Shown here: positions 37,291 through 51,147 of the stretch, piece after piece | How positions within the stretch are numbered: position 1 is the first letter of the stretch | Layout: every line of letters begins with the position of its first letter | Assembly (NCBI GenBank): GCA_038087875.1 | Contig: CM075988.1 | Location: forward strand, 24,244,001-24,308,000 | Direction: 5' to 3' | Origin: Malacoraja senta | Lineage: Eukaryota | Length of the DNA: 64,000 nucleotides | Made by a program: the position numbers and the translations under genes | Notes under the pieces: generated by a model | Databases searched by the model: none | What the model saw: the letters and a program-made list of their open reading frames with translations, nothing else | What the model was told of the DNA's origin: nothing

Positions 37291-37603
37291 GCTACTGAGT
37301 TTCTAGAACTGTTCTCTCATATTGGTGAATAGTTGTTTGAAGAAGATTTTAAAGGCAGTGGTGATGTGGGGGGGGGGGGGGGGGGAGCAGCGGGTGAATA
37401 TAGAACAGTTAGCCTGACATCAGTAATAAGGAATTATTAAGGAGATAATTACAGGGATTTGGAACATAATCCCTTCTCCTTCTCTCCAGAGATGCTGCCT
37501 GTCCTGCTGAGTTTTTTGTGTCTATCTTCGGTTTAAACCAGCATCTGCAGTTCCTTCCTACACATAATGATAGGATTGTGTGGAGTCCAATGGATGTTTC
37601 ATT

Positions 37604-37765
37604 AAGCAGAAACAAAGAACTGCAGATGCTGGTTCATACCACAGATAGACACAAAGTGCCGGAATAACTCAGCGGGTCAGGCAGCATCTCTGGAGAAAAA
37701 GGATCCATGATGTCCAGAGATGCTGGGTGACCCGCTGAGTTATTCCGGCATTTTGTGCCGATATT
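37604..37765. mobile_element. Penelope-derived palindromic insertion
   Basis: Inverted arms; 13-bp TSD tggatgtttcatt at 37591-37603 and 37766-37778. Confidence 0.85.
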
Positions 37766-38049
37766 TGGATGTTTCATTCATCTTCTTTGAAGTAGAAGTT
37801 AGCAGGCAAGCAGGAAGCCATAGTTGTCATGCTTAAGAAGCGCAGTTTAGTTTAGTTTATTGTCACGTGTACTGATGTACAGCGAAAAGCTTTTTAGTTG
37901 CGTGCTGATCAGTCAGCAGAAAGACAATACATGAGAAATGAACAGTGTACATATATGTGGTGAAGGGAATAATGTTTAGAGTCTTACAGAGTGGAAACTT
38001 GAAAGAAAAAGTCAAGATTCGGTGCAAGATAAAGTCCAGTAAATTCAGT

Positions 38050-38750
38050 CAGAGGGTATAAAGCACCCTTTATATAAAGGGTTACACAGGAGGTTTTGAA
38101 ACAAAGTTAGAGCATCTGGGATTGGGACAAATTCCCTGGAGAGGATTGAAGATTGTTTAATAGACAAACAGAGTAGGAATGAATGAGTCATTTTTGAATT
38201 GGGATGTTGCGGGGACTGGTTCCGGGAGCTCCAATTGTACAGAATTGATCTCATTGATTTGGAAGAGAGCATTAAGCATAATGGGTCCAGGTTTACTGAT
38301 GATGCAAGGCTGGATGCCAGTGTGGATTGTGGCGAAGATGGGGAATAAATTTCAGGGGGTATGGCCATGCTCAGTGAATGAATAACAGCACAGCTAAAGT
38401 CAGATAAGGTTGAAAAAACTGTGAGGCCATTCACTTTGGTGAAAGATATAAAATCAAATTCTTTTTTTTTTAATGGTGAGGGATAGTGAAGTATTGCCAT
38501 TTGAAAGTGTTTGGTTAACCAGTGGATTAAAGTTCATCTGCAGGTGGAGCAAACAACTAAGAAGGAAAATAGTTTGTAAACTTTTATTGCAAAAGGATTT
38601 AACAATTGAAACCTACGGCTGGAATTCCATAAAACACCAGTAAAACTGCACTCGGAATGTCTGTTTTCGCTACCTAAAAGGATTTGCTGATGAGAAACGA
38701 GAATGTAATAAATGTTAATTTCAAGATTCGTTCCTGGGATAGATGATTTT
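38050..38750 (+). mobile_element. Old, heavily decayed CR1 RT region
   Basis: Residual FTDD motif (tttactgatgatgcaaggctgg), gtgaggccattcactttgg, tgcaggtggagcaa similar to CR1 ORF2. Confidence 0.6.
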
Positions 38751-38756
38751 TTTTTT

Positions 38757-39075
38757 TAGTTTAGTTTAGAGATACAGCGCGGAAACAGGCCCTTCGGCCC
38801 ACTGGGTCTGTGCCGACCAGCGATCCCCGCACATTAACACTATCCTACACCCACTGGGGACAATTTTTACATTTATTCCAAGCCAGTTAACCTACAAACC
38901 TGTACGTCTTTGGAGTGTGGGAGGAAACCGAAGATCTCGGAGAAAACCCACGCGGGTCACGGGGAGAACGTACAGACTCCGTACAGACAGCACACGTAGT
39001 CAGGATCGAACCCGGGTCTCCGGCGCTGCATTTGCTGTGAGGCAGCAACTCTACCGCTGCGCCACTGTGACCGCC
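38757..39075 (-). mobile_element. V-SINE, full length
   Basis: Reverse complement of the 12066-12383 type. Confidence 0.92.
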
Positions 39076-39339
39076 CACTTATCCTATGAGATGAGGCCTG
39101 TGCCCTCCAGAGTTCAAAAGAAATAGCGGTATTCTCATTGAAACATGCAAAATTCCTATGGAACTTGGCATGATAGCAGGGAAAGTTCCATGTTATAAGT
39201 GTTACCTCAAAGAATAAAGACCCCTTTCCAGTTCACCACTCATTGAGAAGAGTTTATTGGATGGCAATTTGTCCTAATGCTTTGCACGAGTAATTTTCAA
39301 TAGAAATACAGAGGGTGTGTGAAGGAATGCCCCAGGGTC

Positions 39340-39597
39340 CAGAGCGGAACTCGCTATCAAAACATGGAGGGGACGGGGGACACAATTTTTGGCGGCCGCG
39401 CGCGCATGCGCACACACACACACTCCTCCCTCCACCAATCATCGCGCCCTCGATCAGCAGTCCCACGTCCACTGTCTCGCGGAAAGCGGAGATTTTAAAA
39501 TACGGATCACAAAAACTTGGGGGGATGTCCCCCACCTCTCAAAACATAGGGGGGAACGTGTCCCCTCTGCCCCCCCCCCCGGGTTTTCCGCCCCTGC
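39340..39597. mobile_element. Probable hAT-type MITE
   Basis: Imperfect TIR cagagcggaa/ttccgcccctg; subterminal ggggac/gtcccc repeats; partial direct repeat cagggtc/cagtgtc. Confidence 0.5.
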
Positions 39598-39734
39598 AGT
39601 GTCGCATAATGATGCAGGTAGCTAAGCTACTGCCTCATGGCTCCAATGAACCTTGTTCCATCCTGATCTAGGGTGCTGTCTGTGGGTCCTGGAGTGCGGA
39701 GGTTTCTCTATGTCTGAGTGGGTTTCCTAGGTGA

Positions 39735-40078
39735 CAGGAGCAGAATTAGGCCATTCTGCCCATCAAGTCTACTCCGCCATTCAATCATGGCTGATCTATC
39801 TCTCCCTCCTCACCCTATTCTCCTGCCTTCTCCCCATAACCCCTGACACCGTACTAATTAACAATTAACATATCTATCTCTGCCTTACACATATCCATTG
39901 ACTTGGCCTCCACAGCCATCATTGGCAATGAATTCCACAAATTCACCAGCCTCTGACGAAAGAAATTCCTCCTCATCTCCTTCCTAAAGGAACGTCCTTT
40001 AGTTCTGAGGCTGTGCCCTCTGGTCCTAGACTCTCCCACTAGTGGAAACATCCTCTCCCCATCCACTCTATCCGGGCC
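39735..40078 (-). mobile_element. CR1 3' fragment inside an old V-SINE (~39600-40290)
   Basis: DRVDGERMFPLVGESRTRGHSLR on the minus strand; decayed SINE motifs on both sides. Confidence 0.85.
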
Positions 40079-40473
40079 TCCAGGTGCCCTGGGTTCCTCC
40101 CACGTCATGTCATTGACTATGCCTGAAGTTGGTAGATTCACTCGTCACTGTGAATTGTCCCGAGTTTGTAGCTGAGTTGGTAGATTCTGGATGGAGGAAG
40201 TGGTGGGAATGTGCAGAGAATAAAGTGGGAATAGTGAAGGGTGGGGTTTACAACTGCCTGGTCTTGGTTGGCCAAAGGGCCTGTTTACATACAGTAAGAT
40301 TAGAGTTTTGCCTTTGCTGACCGATGGGATTAAATGTAGCTCGAGGGAAGTGCAGAAAAGAAAAACTGGTTGGGGGAGGATTTCTCACTCTTCTGACAAT
40401 CAAAAAATAAGGTTAATACAATATGCAGCATCTTTCATAACCTCGGCACATTGCAAATCACTATATGGCCGTT

Positions 40474-40607
40474 GAAGTCTGAAGAAGGGTCTCGACCCGA
40501 AACGTCGCCCATTTCCTTCGCTCCATAGATGCTGCCTCACCCGCTGAGTTTCTCCACCATTTTTGTCCACCTTCGATTGTTCCGGCATCTGCAGTTCTTT
40601 CTTAAAC
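40474..40607 (+). mobile_element. Penelope 3' end with hammerhead core
   Basis: gtctgaagaagggtctcgacccgaaacgtcgc...gttctttcttaaac. Confidence 0.85.
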
Positions 40608-41694
40608 ATACAGCCATTGAAATACTTCCATAGTGTGTCCCTGTGGTAATGGAGGTAATGCAGCAACCAATTTACCAATTCAAAGCCCAACAATTGGAAT
40701 GTGATAATAAACTGATCATCTATTTTAAAGATGGCAATGGATGGATAAATACTGGCCAAGCAAAGTGGGGAGAAGTCCATTTGTCTTCAGGGATGGGTGA
40801 CATTTTGGGTAGAGACGCCTGAAGAAGGGTCTCGACCCAGAACGTCGCCCAATTCCTTCTCTCCAGAGACGCTGCCTGTCCCGCTGAGTTGCTCCAGCGT
40901 TTTGTGTCTACCTTCTTGTCGTGGATGCTCTTGTACTTCCCCAGTTTTATTGGAGGAGAAATCATTCAGGCAAGTGGCAAATATTCCATCACGGCCCTGC
41001 CACGTGCTTTGTGAATGACGGATAGGTTTTGGGGAATCGGATGATAAGTCGCTCGCCGCAGGATATCTAGCCTCTGACCTGTTCTTGGAGTCACAGTGCT
41101 GATATGGCTGGTCCCACTAAGTGGCTGGGCTCACTGGATGTTAACCGCGGGGGACTCAGTGGCGATAATTCATCGAATGTCAAGGGTAAATGGTTACACT
41201 CTCTCTTGGAGTTGCTCATTGCCTGGCACTTTCTTTATCGTCCCTTATCAGTCCGTGCTAAATTGTTGTCTTAGTCTTGCTCCATGCAGGCACAAGCTGT
41301 TTCATTTATCAACGGGTTGTGAATGGAATCGAACAATGTGCTATTGCAGCAAATTCCCGTGTGCAGAACATGATGGATGGAAGGTCATCGATGAGGCAGC
41401 TGAAGAGGTTTGGTTCTGACATTGCTCCTACACCAATGATTGTCCTCCATCAACCACAACTTCCTTTGTGCGAGCTATGGTTCCGACTTCAGAAACACAA
41501 TCTATCTCTTTGCTTAGATACGAGCCCCTCTCCCAAACAATGTTTCCTGCTTTGGTGCTACAAAAGGCTTCAGAATTCAGGATGGTTTACAGTTACCCTA
41601 ATTAAGTTTAGTTTCTTTTCGAAAAAGTGAGGTCTTTTTTTGAAGTTGTTTCACTGAAATATTTTTACCCAAGCTCTCAAAACGAGATTGACAA

Positions 41695-41960
41695 GGTCAT
41701 AAGTGAGAGGAGCAGAAATAGGCCATTCGGCCCATCAAGTCTACTCCGCCATTCAATCATGGCTGATCTATCTCTCCCTCCTAACCCCATTCTCCCGCCT
41801 TCGCCCCATAACCCCTGACACCCCAACTAATCCAGAATCTATCTATCTCTGCCTTGAAAATATCCATTGACTTGTGGCCTCCACAGCCTTCTGTGGCAAA
41901 GAATTCCACAGATTCACCACCTTCTGACGAAAAAGATTCCTCCACATCTCCGTCCTAAAG
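41695..41960 (-). mobile_element. CR1 3' fragment
   Basis: aggccattcggcccatc...gaattccacagattcaccac. Confidence 0.85.
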
Positions 41961-42298
41961 GTTGACCCAAGATTGACCCAAGGGGTTGTTTAATGAGTGG
42001 ACAAAATCAAAGATGAGGAATTAACAACATGAAGAAAGCTGATACAATTTCTTCAAGAAGAAAATAATGTAATGGAATAAGTTGTCAAAAAGGACAGATT
42101 GCTTAAGTAGGTTTAAGGTTAGAGAATGAAGATTTAATTGGAGCTCAGGGGCAACCTTTCTACTGAGAGTGTAGTAGGTACATGGAATGAGCTGCCAGAG
42201 GAGGTCGTTGAAGCAGGTACTATAATTGCATTTAAAAGACACTTGGACAGGAGGGATAGGCCAAACGCAGGCTAATGGCATTGGTTTATGAATGAATG

Positions 42299-42459
42299 TT
42301 CAAGAAGGAACTGCAGATGCCTGAAAATCGAAGGTAGACAAAAATGCTGGAGAAACTCAGTGGGTGCGACAGCATCTATAGAGCGAAGGAAATAGGCAAC
42401 GTTTCGGGCCGGATCGTTGCCTATTTCCTTCGCTCCACAGATGCTGTCGCACCCGCTGA
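42299..42459. mobile_element. Penelope-derived palindromic insertion
   Basis: 15-bp TSD gtttatgaatgaatg at 42284-42298 and 42460-42474. Confidence 0.88.
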
Positions 42460-42634
42460 GTTTATGAATGAATGACTGACTACGTTATTGTCACAGTGAA
42501 ATTCTTTGCTTGCATACCCAGGTATGTAAATAGTCGCCCATAAAGAGCGCTTGCAAAGTTATCAAATGGGCAACTTAGTCGACATGGACCTGCTGGGCCA
42601 AACATCCTGTTTCCATGCTTTATGCATCTATGAC

Positions 42635-43455
42635 ACTGAAGTTCAAGTTCACATTCATTGCCACATGCAACAATTAAGGTACAGTGGTATTTAATTTACC
42701 ATGAAGCCACACAATCAAAAAGAGCACAATACACAACAGAATACAACATGAACATCCACCACAGTGGGATCAACATTCTTCACTGTGTTGGAAGGCAATA
42801 ACGTTCAGTCAGTCCTCCTCCTTTGTCATCCGTGGTCGGGGCCATGGACCCTCCGTAGTCACCGCCACGGACGGCCCGATGTACAGGCCCTCTCGTCGGG
42901 ATGATCGAAACTCCGACGACGGGACGGACGGACACTCCGCGGCTTGGAGCGCCCGAATCGGCCGCTTCCTACCGGAGACCGAGGCTTCACGATGTTACTG
43001 GCCGCAGGCCGGCGGTCGGAGCTCTTCTCCGGAAATCCCCGGCGAGGGTTCCCAGACTCCGCGATGAAAAGTCCACGCCGCGCCGGCGGCTAGAAGCTCT
43101 GCAGACCGCGGCTTCAGGATGTTATAGTCTGCGGGCCAGCGATCGGAGCACTTCTTCTGGCGATACCCGGCAAGGGATGGCCCGGCTCCGCGATGGAAAG
43201 TCCAAAGCTGCTGAAGCTCTGGGCCCGACTCCGGGCGAGGCCGCACCAATCCAAGCTGTAAGGCCGCGAGGGAGGGCAAAAATGCGACTAGGAGAAAAGT
43301 CGCATTCCACCGAGGTAAGTGACTGAAAAACAGTTCCCCCCTATTCCCCTGCCACCACCCCCCCCCCCCCCCCCCCAACACACTTTTAGACATACTAAAA
43401 ACTAAAAACAGTCGAAAGGACGAACAGCTGCCGGCTCGCGGCTCCACGGCTGATA
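42635..43455 (-). mobile_element. CpG-rich unclassified repeat, probably a non-autonomous retroelement
   Basis: Abrupt GC/CpG-rich block with internal repeat ctccgcgatg(a/g)aaagtcca; minus-strand tail ...gaacttgaactt resembling Rex1-type tails. Confidence 0.5.
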
Positions 43456-43844
43456 GAGACAATGGCGTAAGGAAAAAAACGTAGAAACAAGGAAATGCAG
43501 ATGCTGGTCTTCAGGGCAAGAAGCTTCAAGGCTTCTTCAGTGGGCTCTGACCGTAAACATTGTCCGTTCATTTCCCTCCACAGATGCTGCTTGACCCACT
43601 TACTTCATACAGCAATTTGTTTTTTGCAACAAAATTGTAAGAACCGGCATTTCTACATTAGTCAACGGGACATCCTGGAACTGCTGATGTGGAGGGGAAT
43701 CACTGTTTGCATTTAGGAATTATGGCAAGAGGCTAATGATCTGTTTTGTCTTTTATTGATGCAAATTGCAGAATAGATATTAGCCCAGCTACAGTGTTAT
43801 TGTAAAATATCAGCTTGCTATCCTTCTTGTGGTCGAGAATGGCA

Positions 43845-44355
43845 ATTCAGTTTCAGTTTCAGTTTATTGTCACGTGTACTGAGGTACAGTGAAAAGCTTT
43901 TGTTATGTACTAATAAGTCAGCGTAAAAACATAATTACAATCGAGCCATTTACAGTGTATAGATACATGATAAGGGAATAACGTTTAGTGCAAGGTAAAG
44001 CCAGTAAGGTCCGATCAAAGATAGTCTGAGGGTCACCAATGAGGTAGATAGTAGTTCAGGACTGCTCTCTGGTTGCGATAGGACGGCTCAGTTACCTGAC
44101 AATTGCTGGGAAGAAACTGTCCCTGAACCTGGAGGCGTGCGTTTTCACACTTCTGTACCTTTTGCCCGATGGGAGAGGTGAGAAGAGGGAGTGGCCGGGG
44201 TGCGACTCGTCCTTGGTTATGCTGCTGGCCTTTGCCGAGGCAGCGTGGGGGTGCAAATGGAGTCAATGGAAGGAAGGAGGGTTTGTGTGATGGTCTGGAC
44301 AGTTCGCTGCAAGTTCTTGCGGTCTTGGATGGAGCTGTTCCCAAGCCAAGCCGCG
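43845..44355 (-). mobile_element. Rex1/Babar-type 3' fragment
   Basis: Reverse complement of the 48890-49470 type. Confidence 0.88.
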
Positions 44356-45524
44356 ATGACAAGGTTGAAAATGTTCAAAGTGGAAACATTTTAGTGCTCT
44401 CGACATCGACATTATCCACCATGAGAAGCAGCAAAATGTTGCCACAAATTGGCCGACCAAATGTCAGAGACAAACGTGAGGCACTGTGGCTATGTAGACG
44501 CAGGGGGGGGGGGGGTCACGTTAATGGAGTTGACACTAATTGGAAAATTTACAAAGAGAAAGAGAAGTGAATGGATACAAAATAAATATAATTAGTCACG
44601 AGAAAGAATAACTTTCCCTGGCAATCTTTTTTCACTGTCAATTATATTAAACAAGACATTAATCTACAGTGCTTAGAATGCCTGGAATAATCAGTAGGTA
44701 ATTACTGTGGGGAAGTATGGTACCATAAAGAACAATCTGCACAACAACAAAAAAAGAACTATTAAACAATGGGAGACTGTTACAATTGATTTTTCAAAGT
44801 AAAGGTTATATTCTATAGTTTAAATTAACCACAAATCAATGTTATGTTAATTTAAACATTTAAATGAATCAGAGTTAGACTCCGACTTCAGAGCATTATT
44901 TCCAGAGTTAATCTAACCGTTCAAACGGCGAGGTTGGCATTGACGGAACAGTGCAGCAGGGTGTTGCTGGAACTCGACGAGCAGTGAGACCCAGTGTCAG
45001 ACTGGTTCAGTAATGAGAGGTGAGCACAGCTCGTGCCACCCCAATGCCACAGGGAACTCCATCAACACCAGCAATTAGTGCATAGAGAAATACATTCCAC
45101 CCTGAGTCACAGCAGCAGTTTAACTGCAGCTAAAGGAATATTACCATCCCGAGGAACAGCTTTAATTTCTAGAGATATTAGAACTCCTCTGGCTATGAAT
45201 TGGCAAGCATTGCAATCTTCCTAGAGTTATTACGGATACAGTATTACAATCAATGGGATGAGACTAATTAAAAACTTGTCAAGCCCCACTTGAAAACGCC
45301 AAATGGTGCAGGTTGTGGCTGGTACATTTGTCAGTCAGCTACACTTCTGAACACGTCCAGTGAGCAACAGACAGGCCTGGTGTAGCTGGGATTCTCGAGC
45401 AGTGCACCTCACATTCAATACTAGGTCTGACCAGATTGGAGCTCCTGTTTTTCTGAATGGAAATTTGTGTCAGATGGAAAAATACACCGGTATTTTCGCT
45501 CAGTCTAGATTCATTCTGTTTGTT

Positions 45525-45682
45525 GTGGGAAGGAACTGCAGATGCTGGTTTAAACCGAAGATAGACACAAAATGCTGGAGTAACTCAACGGGATAGGCAG
45601 CATCTCTGGAGAGAAGGAATTCCTTCTCTCCAGATATGCTGCCTGTCCCGCTGAGTTTCTCCAGTATTTTGTGTCTATCTTC
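45525..45682. mobile_element. Penelope-derived palindromic insertion
   Basis: Inverted arms centred on agaaggaattccttct. Confidence 0.85.
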
Positions 45683-45791
45683 ATTTATTTGTGATACTTT
45701 TACCTAAATCACCGAAAACTTGTTTCAGTATTTTGTTTAAATTACTGACAGCAAAGTTCCTAGTTAAAAAAATATTTCACATCAACTTGCA

Positions 45792-46345
45792 TGGCACGGT
45801 GGCGCAGTGGTAGAGTTGCTGCCTCACAGCTCCAGATTCCCGGGTTCGATCCCGACTACGGGCGCTCTCTGTACGGAGTTTGTACATTCTCCCCGTGACT
45901 GCGTGGGTTTTCTCCGGTTGCTCCGGTTTCCTCCCACACTCCAAAGACGTACAGGTTTGTAGGTTAATTGACTTTTTTTTAATTTTTTATTTTTTAAATT
46001 ATTTTTATTAGAAGCAATTGTACAAGGATAAAACATTCGGCATGTAAAATTATACAATTATTGTTCAGCTTCAATTTTAACCTTTTAACCCGAAAATGAG
46101 AGAAAAGAGAGAAAGACCAAGAGAGCGGAAAAAGTGAGAAGTGAAAAGATAGCTCGAAAAAGCACATAGAAAAGACCCCTAGACAACCAACGTAGTGGGG
46201 CCGAAAAGTGAATAAAGATATAAGAGAGAGGAAAAAAAAAGAAAAAAAAGTGGAGATATACCTGCCTTTGGTCAAAATTGTAAATTGTCCCTAGTGTGTA
46301 GGCGGGGACTCGATGGGCCTGTGTCTCAAAACTATACTCAACTAA
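45792..46345 (+). mobile_element. V-SINE interrupted by an L1-type 3' UTR fragment (minus, ~45972-46265)
   Basis: SINE head and V-domain, then a poly-T/tttattagaag segment (minus-strand ttctaataaa + A tail, as at 26010-26049), then the SINE resumes. Confidence 0.8.
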
Positions 46346-46822
46346 ACATAGGAACTGTTAAGGACGTCCGACAAATTTAACAGGAGGCGAGCGAGGTTGT
46401 GTCTCAGCATGCCCCCCGTTAACAGTGACCCCGGGCTCTCCCCAGGGTGGGGTAAACCACACAAGGACTGCGCATTGCAGAAGGTTCATGGCTCAGGGGG
46501 GTGGAGGGTCAGTTTGTTCAGCTGCCAGCGCTCGAGCAATGTTTGCACAGGCAGGCTGGCTGGCTCTGTGAGCTGCACGATCACACGACAGGCTGAACCC
46601 TGTCCAATTTAACCATTTACTCTTCTTCAACATCACTGCCCACTTGTCAACGATGTAAAGGTGGCTGCCTTAGCAACAGGTTGAGGAAACCGATATTAAA
46701 ATGAAAAGTGGTGGGAAATACTCAGCGGGCCAAGCAGCGCCCCTGGAGAGAGAAGTGGTCAACCGCCTTTCAGCAAAAGTGGAGTCCAGCAACTTAAAAA
46801 AAAATAAAATTACTTTCTTCTC

Positions 46823-47111
46823 AGGCTGTCCCACAGGACTGAAGATTACTTACTTCCACTTAGAGTAAAATAGCGACCCCACTCCACTGGCATCGACCAA
46901 ACGGCAACCTATTTTTAGTCGAGGCCGGTTTTGATTTTGTTGAAATAATCGCAGGAACATAGAAGAGGCCTCGACTATGCGGAAACCACTTTCGACCAAT
47001 AGGGAGAGTGACCAAAACCTCCGGGAACCTCTGGGAACCTCACGGAAACCTTGGGTGGGGTGCAAGGTCATCAGAGGTTTCCGTTCAGGTTTCCTAAGTG
47101 GGACAGGGGCA
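46823..47111. mobile_element. Degenerate Harbinger-type MITE
   Basis: ctgtcccac...gtgggacag termini as in the other MITEs. Confidence 0.55.
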
Positions 47112-47902
47112 ATAGAGTTATACAGCCTGAAAACAGGGCCCTTTGGCACAACTTGCCCACACCTTCTGTCCTCATGAGCAAAGAGATCACTGGACGAGGC
47201 CATAAGCTATGAAATTGATGCCGCAAAATGTCTCCACCTCTCTGGCCCATTTTAAGATGTTCCTGGACACAAATGTCACCTACGGTAAATTTTTAAATGA
47301 GGCTGGAAAGTGCTTTTGCTGAGCCGGCCATTTTGTAAATGGAAGTTTATGTTCATTAGGCCAGACCGATGAATGGCGCCACTCAAAACGTAAACCTTGC
47401 TTTCCCAGTTAGCTTGGTGGTGTTTCTCATAGTTTATGTTTCTGTAACTAAAATGTCGTAATATTTGCAAATTCTCTACAAAATACAAGGGGGACCATTG
47501 GAATTTGCCTCTCGGGACATCTATGTTACTGATGACCGGATGGCTCCTTCAGCGCCGAGTCATTCTGCAATGCAGGGATGTACAGACCAAGATAGGTATA
47601 TTCACGCTTCCCTCCAAACTACCACACTCCTCAAAATCTGTGGAGGCCAAGTCCATGGATATTATTTTGTATGCGGAGATTGACAGATTCTTGATCAGTA
47701 AGGGTGTCAGAGGTTGTAGGGAGCAGGCAGGGGAATGGATTTGGAGGGAGAGATAGATCAGCCATGATTGGATGGCTGAGTAGACTTGATGGGCCGAATG
47801 GCCTAATTCTGTTCCCAGAACTTATGAGCTATCTCATTAAAGAAGGAATTTGCATTCATCCTCAGACCTCCAGTGTTGAGTCTGCTCGCTATTGCAATAT
47901 AG

Positions 47903-48205
47903 TGGGCGGTAGAGCTAATGCCTTACAGCGCCAGAGACTCGGGTTCGATCCTGACTATAGGTGCTTGTCTGTACGGAGTTCATACGTTTTCCCCGTGACC
48001 GTGTGGGTTTTCTCCGAGATCTTTGGTGTCTTCCCACACTCCAAAGGCGTACAGGTTTGTAGATTAATTGACTTGGTATAAATGTAATATTGTCCCCAGC
48101 ATGTGTAGGATAGTGTTAATGTGCGGGGATGGCTGGTCGGTGCGGACTGGGTGGGCCGAAGGGCCTGTGTCCGCACTGCATCTCTAAAACTAAAAACTAA
48201 AACTA
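47903..48205 (+). mobile_element. V-SINE
   Basis: ggttcgatcc B-box, V-domain, tail. Confidence 0.9.
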
Positions 48206-48889
48206 ATTGCGGCAGCCATAATGAACGATGTGTTGATATCGAGAGACTGTGTTACAGTGAGTGACAGTAAATGTTAACTAGGACACGGCAACAACTTCTC
48301 TGTTGTGACTCGAAATAGTCTCCTGGGACTTTTTTCCAATTGATTTGTTCACAGGATATTGACAAACCTGGCAAGGCCTGCAGTTATTGTCCTTCATTCA
48401 ATATGGGTTCTCCATGGAAAGGCTTATGAAGCCATTTCAATACCTCGAGTCATATTCGGACCAGTCCAGGGGTAACGAATTTGAGTTCCCTGATGGATTC
48501 AAACCCATCTGTCAGGAGCGTAGACCACTGGATGGTAGTCCACACTTTTAGTTTAGCGATACAACACGGAAACAGGCCCTTCGGCCCACCGACTCCATGC
48601 TGACCAGCAATGCCCGCACACTAACAATATCCTACGCATTCTAGGGACAATTTACAATGATATCAAACCTGAGGGTCTCGACCTGAAACGTCACCCATTT
48701 CTTCTCTCCAGCGATGCTGCCTGTCCTGCTGAGTTACTCCAGTATTTTGTGTCTGCCTACACCAGCAAACATGTCCCATCTACACTAATTCCACCTACCT
48801 GCATTTGGTCCAGATCCCTCTAAACCTGTCCTATACATGTCCCTGTCTAAATGTTTCTTAAACAATGCGATTGTACCTGGACTATCTGT

Positions 48890-49470
48890 ACTAAGAAGGC
48901 TTAGGAAGTTCGGCATTTCCCCAACAACCCTCACCAACTTCTACACAAGTGCTGTAACAAACATCTTATCGGGATGCATCACGGCTTGGTTTGGGAACAG
49001 CTCCATCCGAGATCGAAATAAATTGCAGGGAATTGTAGGCGGAGCCCAGACCATCACACAAACCAACCTCCCTTCCATTGACTCCATTTATATCTCACGC
49101 TGCCTCGGCAAGGCCAGCAGCATAATCAAGGACGAGTCGCACCCTGGACGCTCCCCCTTCTCCCCTCTCCCATCGGGCAAAAGGTACAGAAGTGTGAAAA
49201 CACACACCTCCAGATTCAGAGACAGTTTCTTCCCAGCTGTAATCAGGCAACTGAACCATCCTACCACAACCAGTGACCCTCAGACTATCTTTGATCGGAC
49301 TTCACTGGACTTTATCTTGCACTAAACATTATTCCATTACCATGTATCTGTACAGTGTGGATGATTCAATTGTAATCATGTATTTTCTTTCCGCTGGCTG
49401 GTTAGCACGCAACAAAAGCTTTTCACTGCACCTCGATACACGTGACAATAGACTAACTGAACTGAACTGG
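48890..49470 (+). mobile_element. Rex1/Babar-type LINE 3' fragment
   Basis: LRRLRKFG...LTNFY...ILSGCITAWFG...HP..SPLPSGKRYRS...RFRDSFFPAVIRQLN; tail gtgacaatagactaactgaactgaact. Confidence 0.92.
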
Positions 49471-50380
49471 AGGGCTGGACAGACCTGGCCAGTGCGAGAG
49501 TGTGTGAGAGAGGGTGTGGAAGGTCAGAATAGCAAAAAGCCATGTTTGTACTTTCACGTCAGTCGATGGCCAGCGTGGACATTTCACCTCCGGCACTGCC
49601 CAGCGCTGTTAATTTGTTCATTTTCCAGTTACAACCTCCTTTGAAATAGCTAGGAGAGGATTTGAAACGGATACGTTGCAGGCTTGGATGGACAAGTCCC
49701 CGCTTGAAGAGTACATTGACAACATCTTTCTAATTGCCACCCTTTTCTTGTAAGATGTCTGTGGAATCTCAAAGCGAGTAACTCCACCCAGTCACATTGC
49801 CATGGAAATTGCCATTTTCCAGTGCAGCCCGATTTTCAATAACAAGTAAATTAGTGACTGACTTTTTTAATTAAATTTTAAGGCTAAACTCCCAGGTGCC
49901 TCTGGCACTTACCTGTATGGAGCTCATATCCTGCACCGCTCTTAAAGGAACTAAATAAGCAATGGTCCGATTTACACTCCAGGCCCTTATTACACTTGCA
50001 ACCTGAGTATTAAGACCATTGTTGGTCAACACTTCAAGAGCAGTGGTAAAATATTTATTTCAATTAATGAAGACATGTTGAACAACATTGGATAATATTA
50101 CTGAATCAATCACTTCAGCGCTGGTTAACAATTGTTTTTTAATACACGCATTTCTGAGGTGGGAGTTTCTCGGCAAAGGACGACTTTGCAGCTCTGAAGG
50201 ACGCAGGTCCCAAGTCAAGCAGAACAGTTTTATCCAGAGAGCCTGGTAATTTAAACTGAAAAAATAATTTACTTAAATGTGAAGTACGAGTAAACATGGG
50301 TTGAGCAAAAGAAAGGGGCAGCAAAATGGAAATTAAAAAATCAGTCATCTGTGGAGAGAAACGAAAGATCCCAAAGGATC

Positions 50381-50383
<3 letters not shown>

Positions 50384-50417
<34 letters not shown>

Positions 50418-50422
50418 AGTGT

Positions 50423-50484
<62 letters not shown>

Positions 50485-51147
50485 GCGTGTGTGTGTGTGT
50501 GTGAGTTTGTGTGAGAGTGTGTGTGAGAGTGTGTGTGAGAGTGTGAGTGTGTGTGAGTGTGTGTGAGTGTGCGAGAGTGTGCGAGTGTGTGTGAGATTGT
50601 GTGAGTGTGTGTGAGTGTGTGTGAGTGTGTGAGAATGTGTGAGAGAGTGTGTGAGTGTGTGAGAGAGTGTGAGATTCTGTGAGTGTTTGAGAGGGTGTGT
50701 GTGTGTGTGTGTGTGAGTGCGCGTGACAGAGTGTGCGTGAGTGTGTGTGAGGGTGTGTGAGTGGGCATGAGAGGATGTGAGAGAGGGTGTGAAAATGTGA
50801 GTGTAAGAATGTAAGAGTGTTTGTGTGAGAGAGCATGAGAGTGTGTGTGTGTTTGAGTGTGTGCATGTGAGAGTGTGAGAGTGTGTGTGTGTGAGTGTGT
50901 GCATGTGAGAGTGTGAGAGTGTGAGAGTGTGTGTGTGTGAGTGTGTGCATGTGAGAGTGTGAGAGTGTGAGAGTGTGTGTGTGTGAGTGTGTGCATGTGA
51001 GAGTGTGAGAGTGTGAGAGTGAGTGTATGTTTGAGTGTGTGCATGTGAGAGTGTGAGAGTGTGTGTGTTTGAGTGTGTGCATGTGAGAGTGTGAGAGTGT
51101 GAGAGTGTGTGTGTTTGAGTGTGTGCATGTGAGAGTGTGAGAGTGTG
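50384..51147. repeat. Compound (GT)n / (GTGA, GAGTGT)n microsatellite with a higher-order unit gtgtgtgcatgtgagagtgtgaga
   Basis: Direct inspection. Confidence 0.98.

Noticed and set aside
48837..49325. Possible host gene (this domain is often labelled DUF1891/ALKBH8-like)
   Set aside because: Multi-copy in the window and followed by a LINE tail; it is a Rex1/Babar RT C-terminus.
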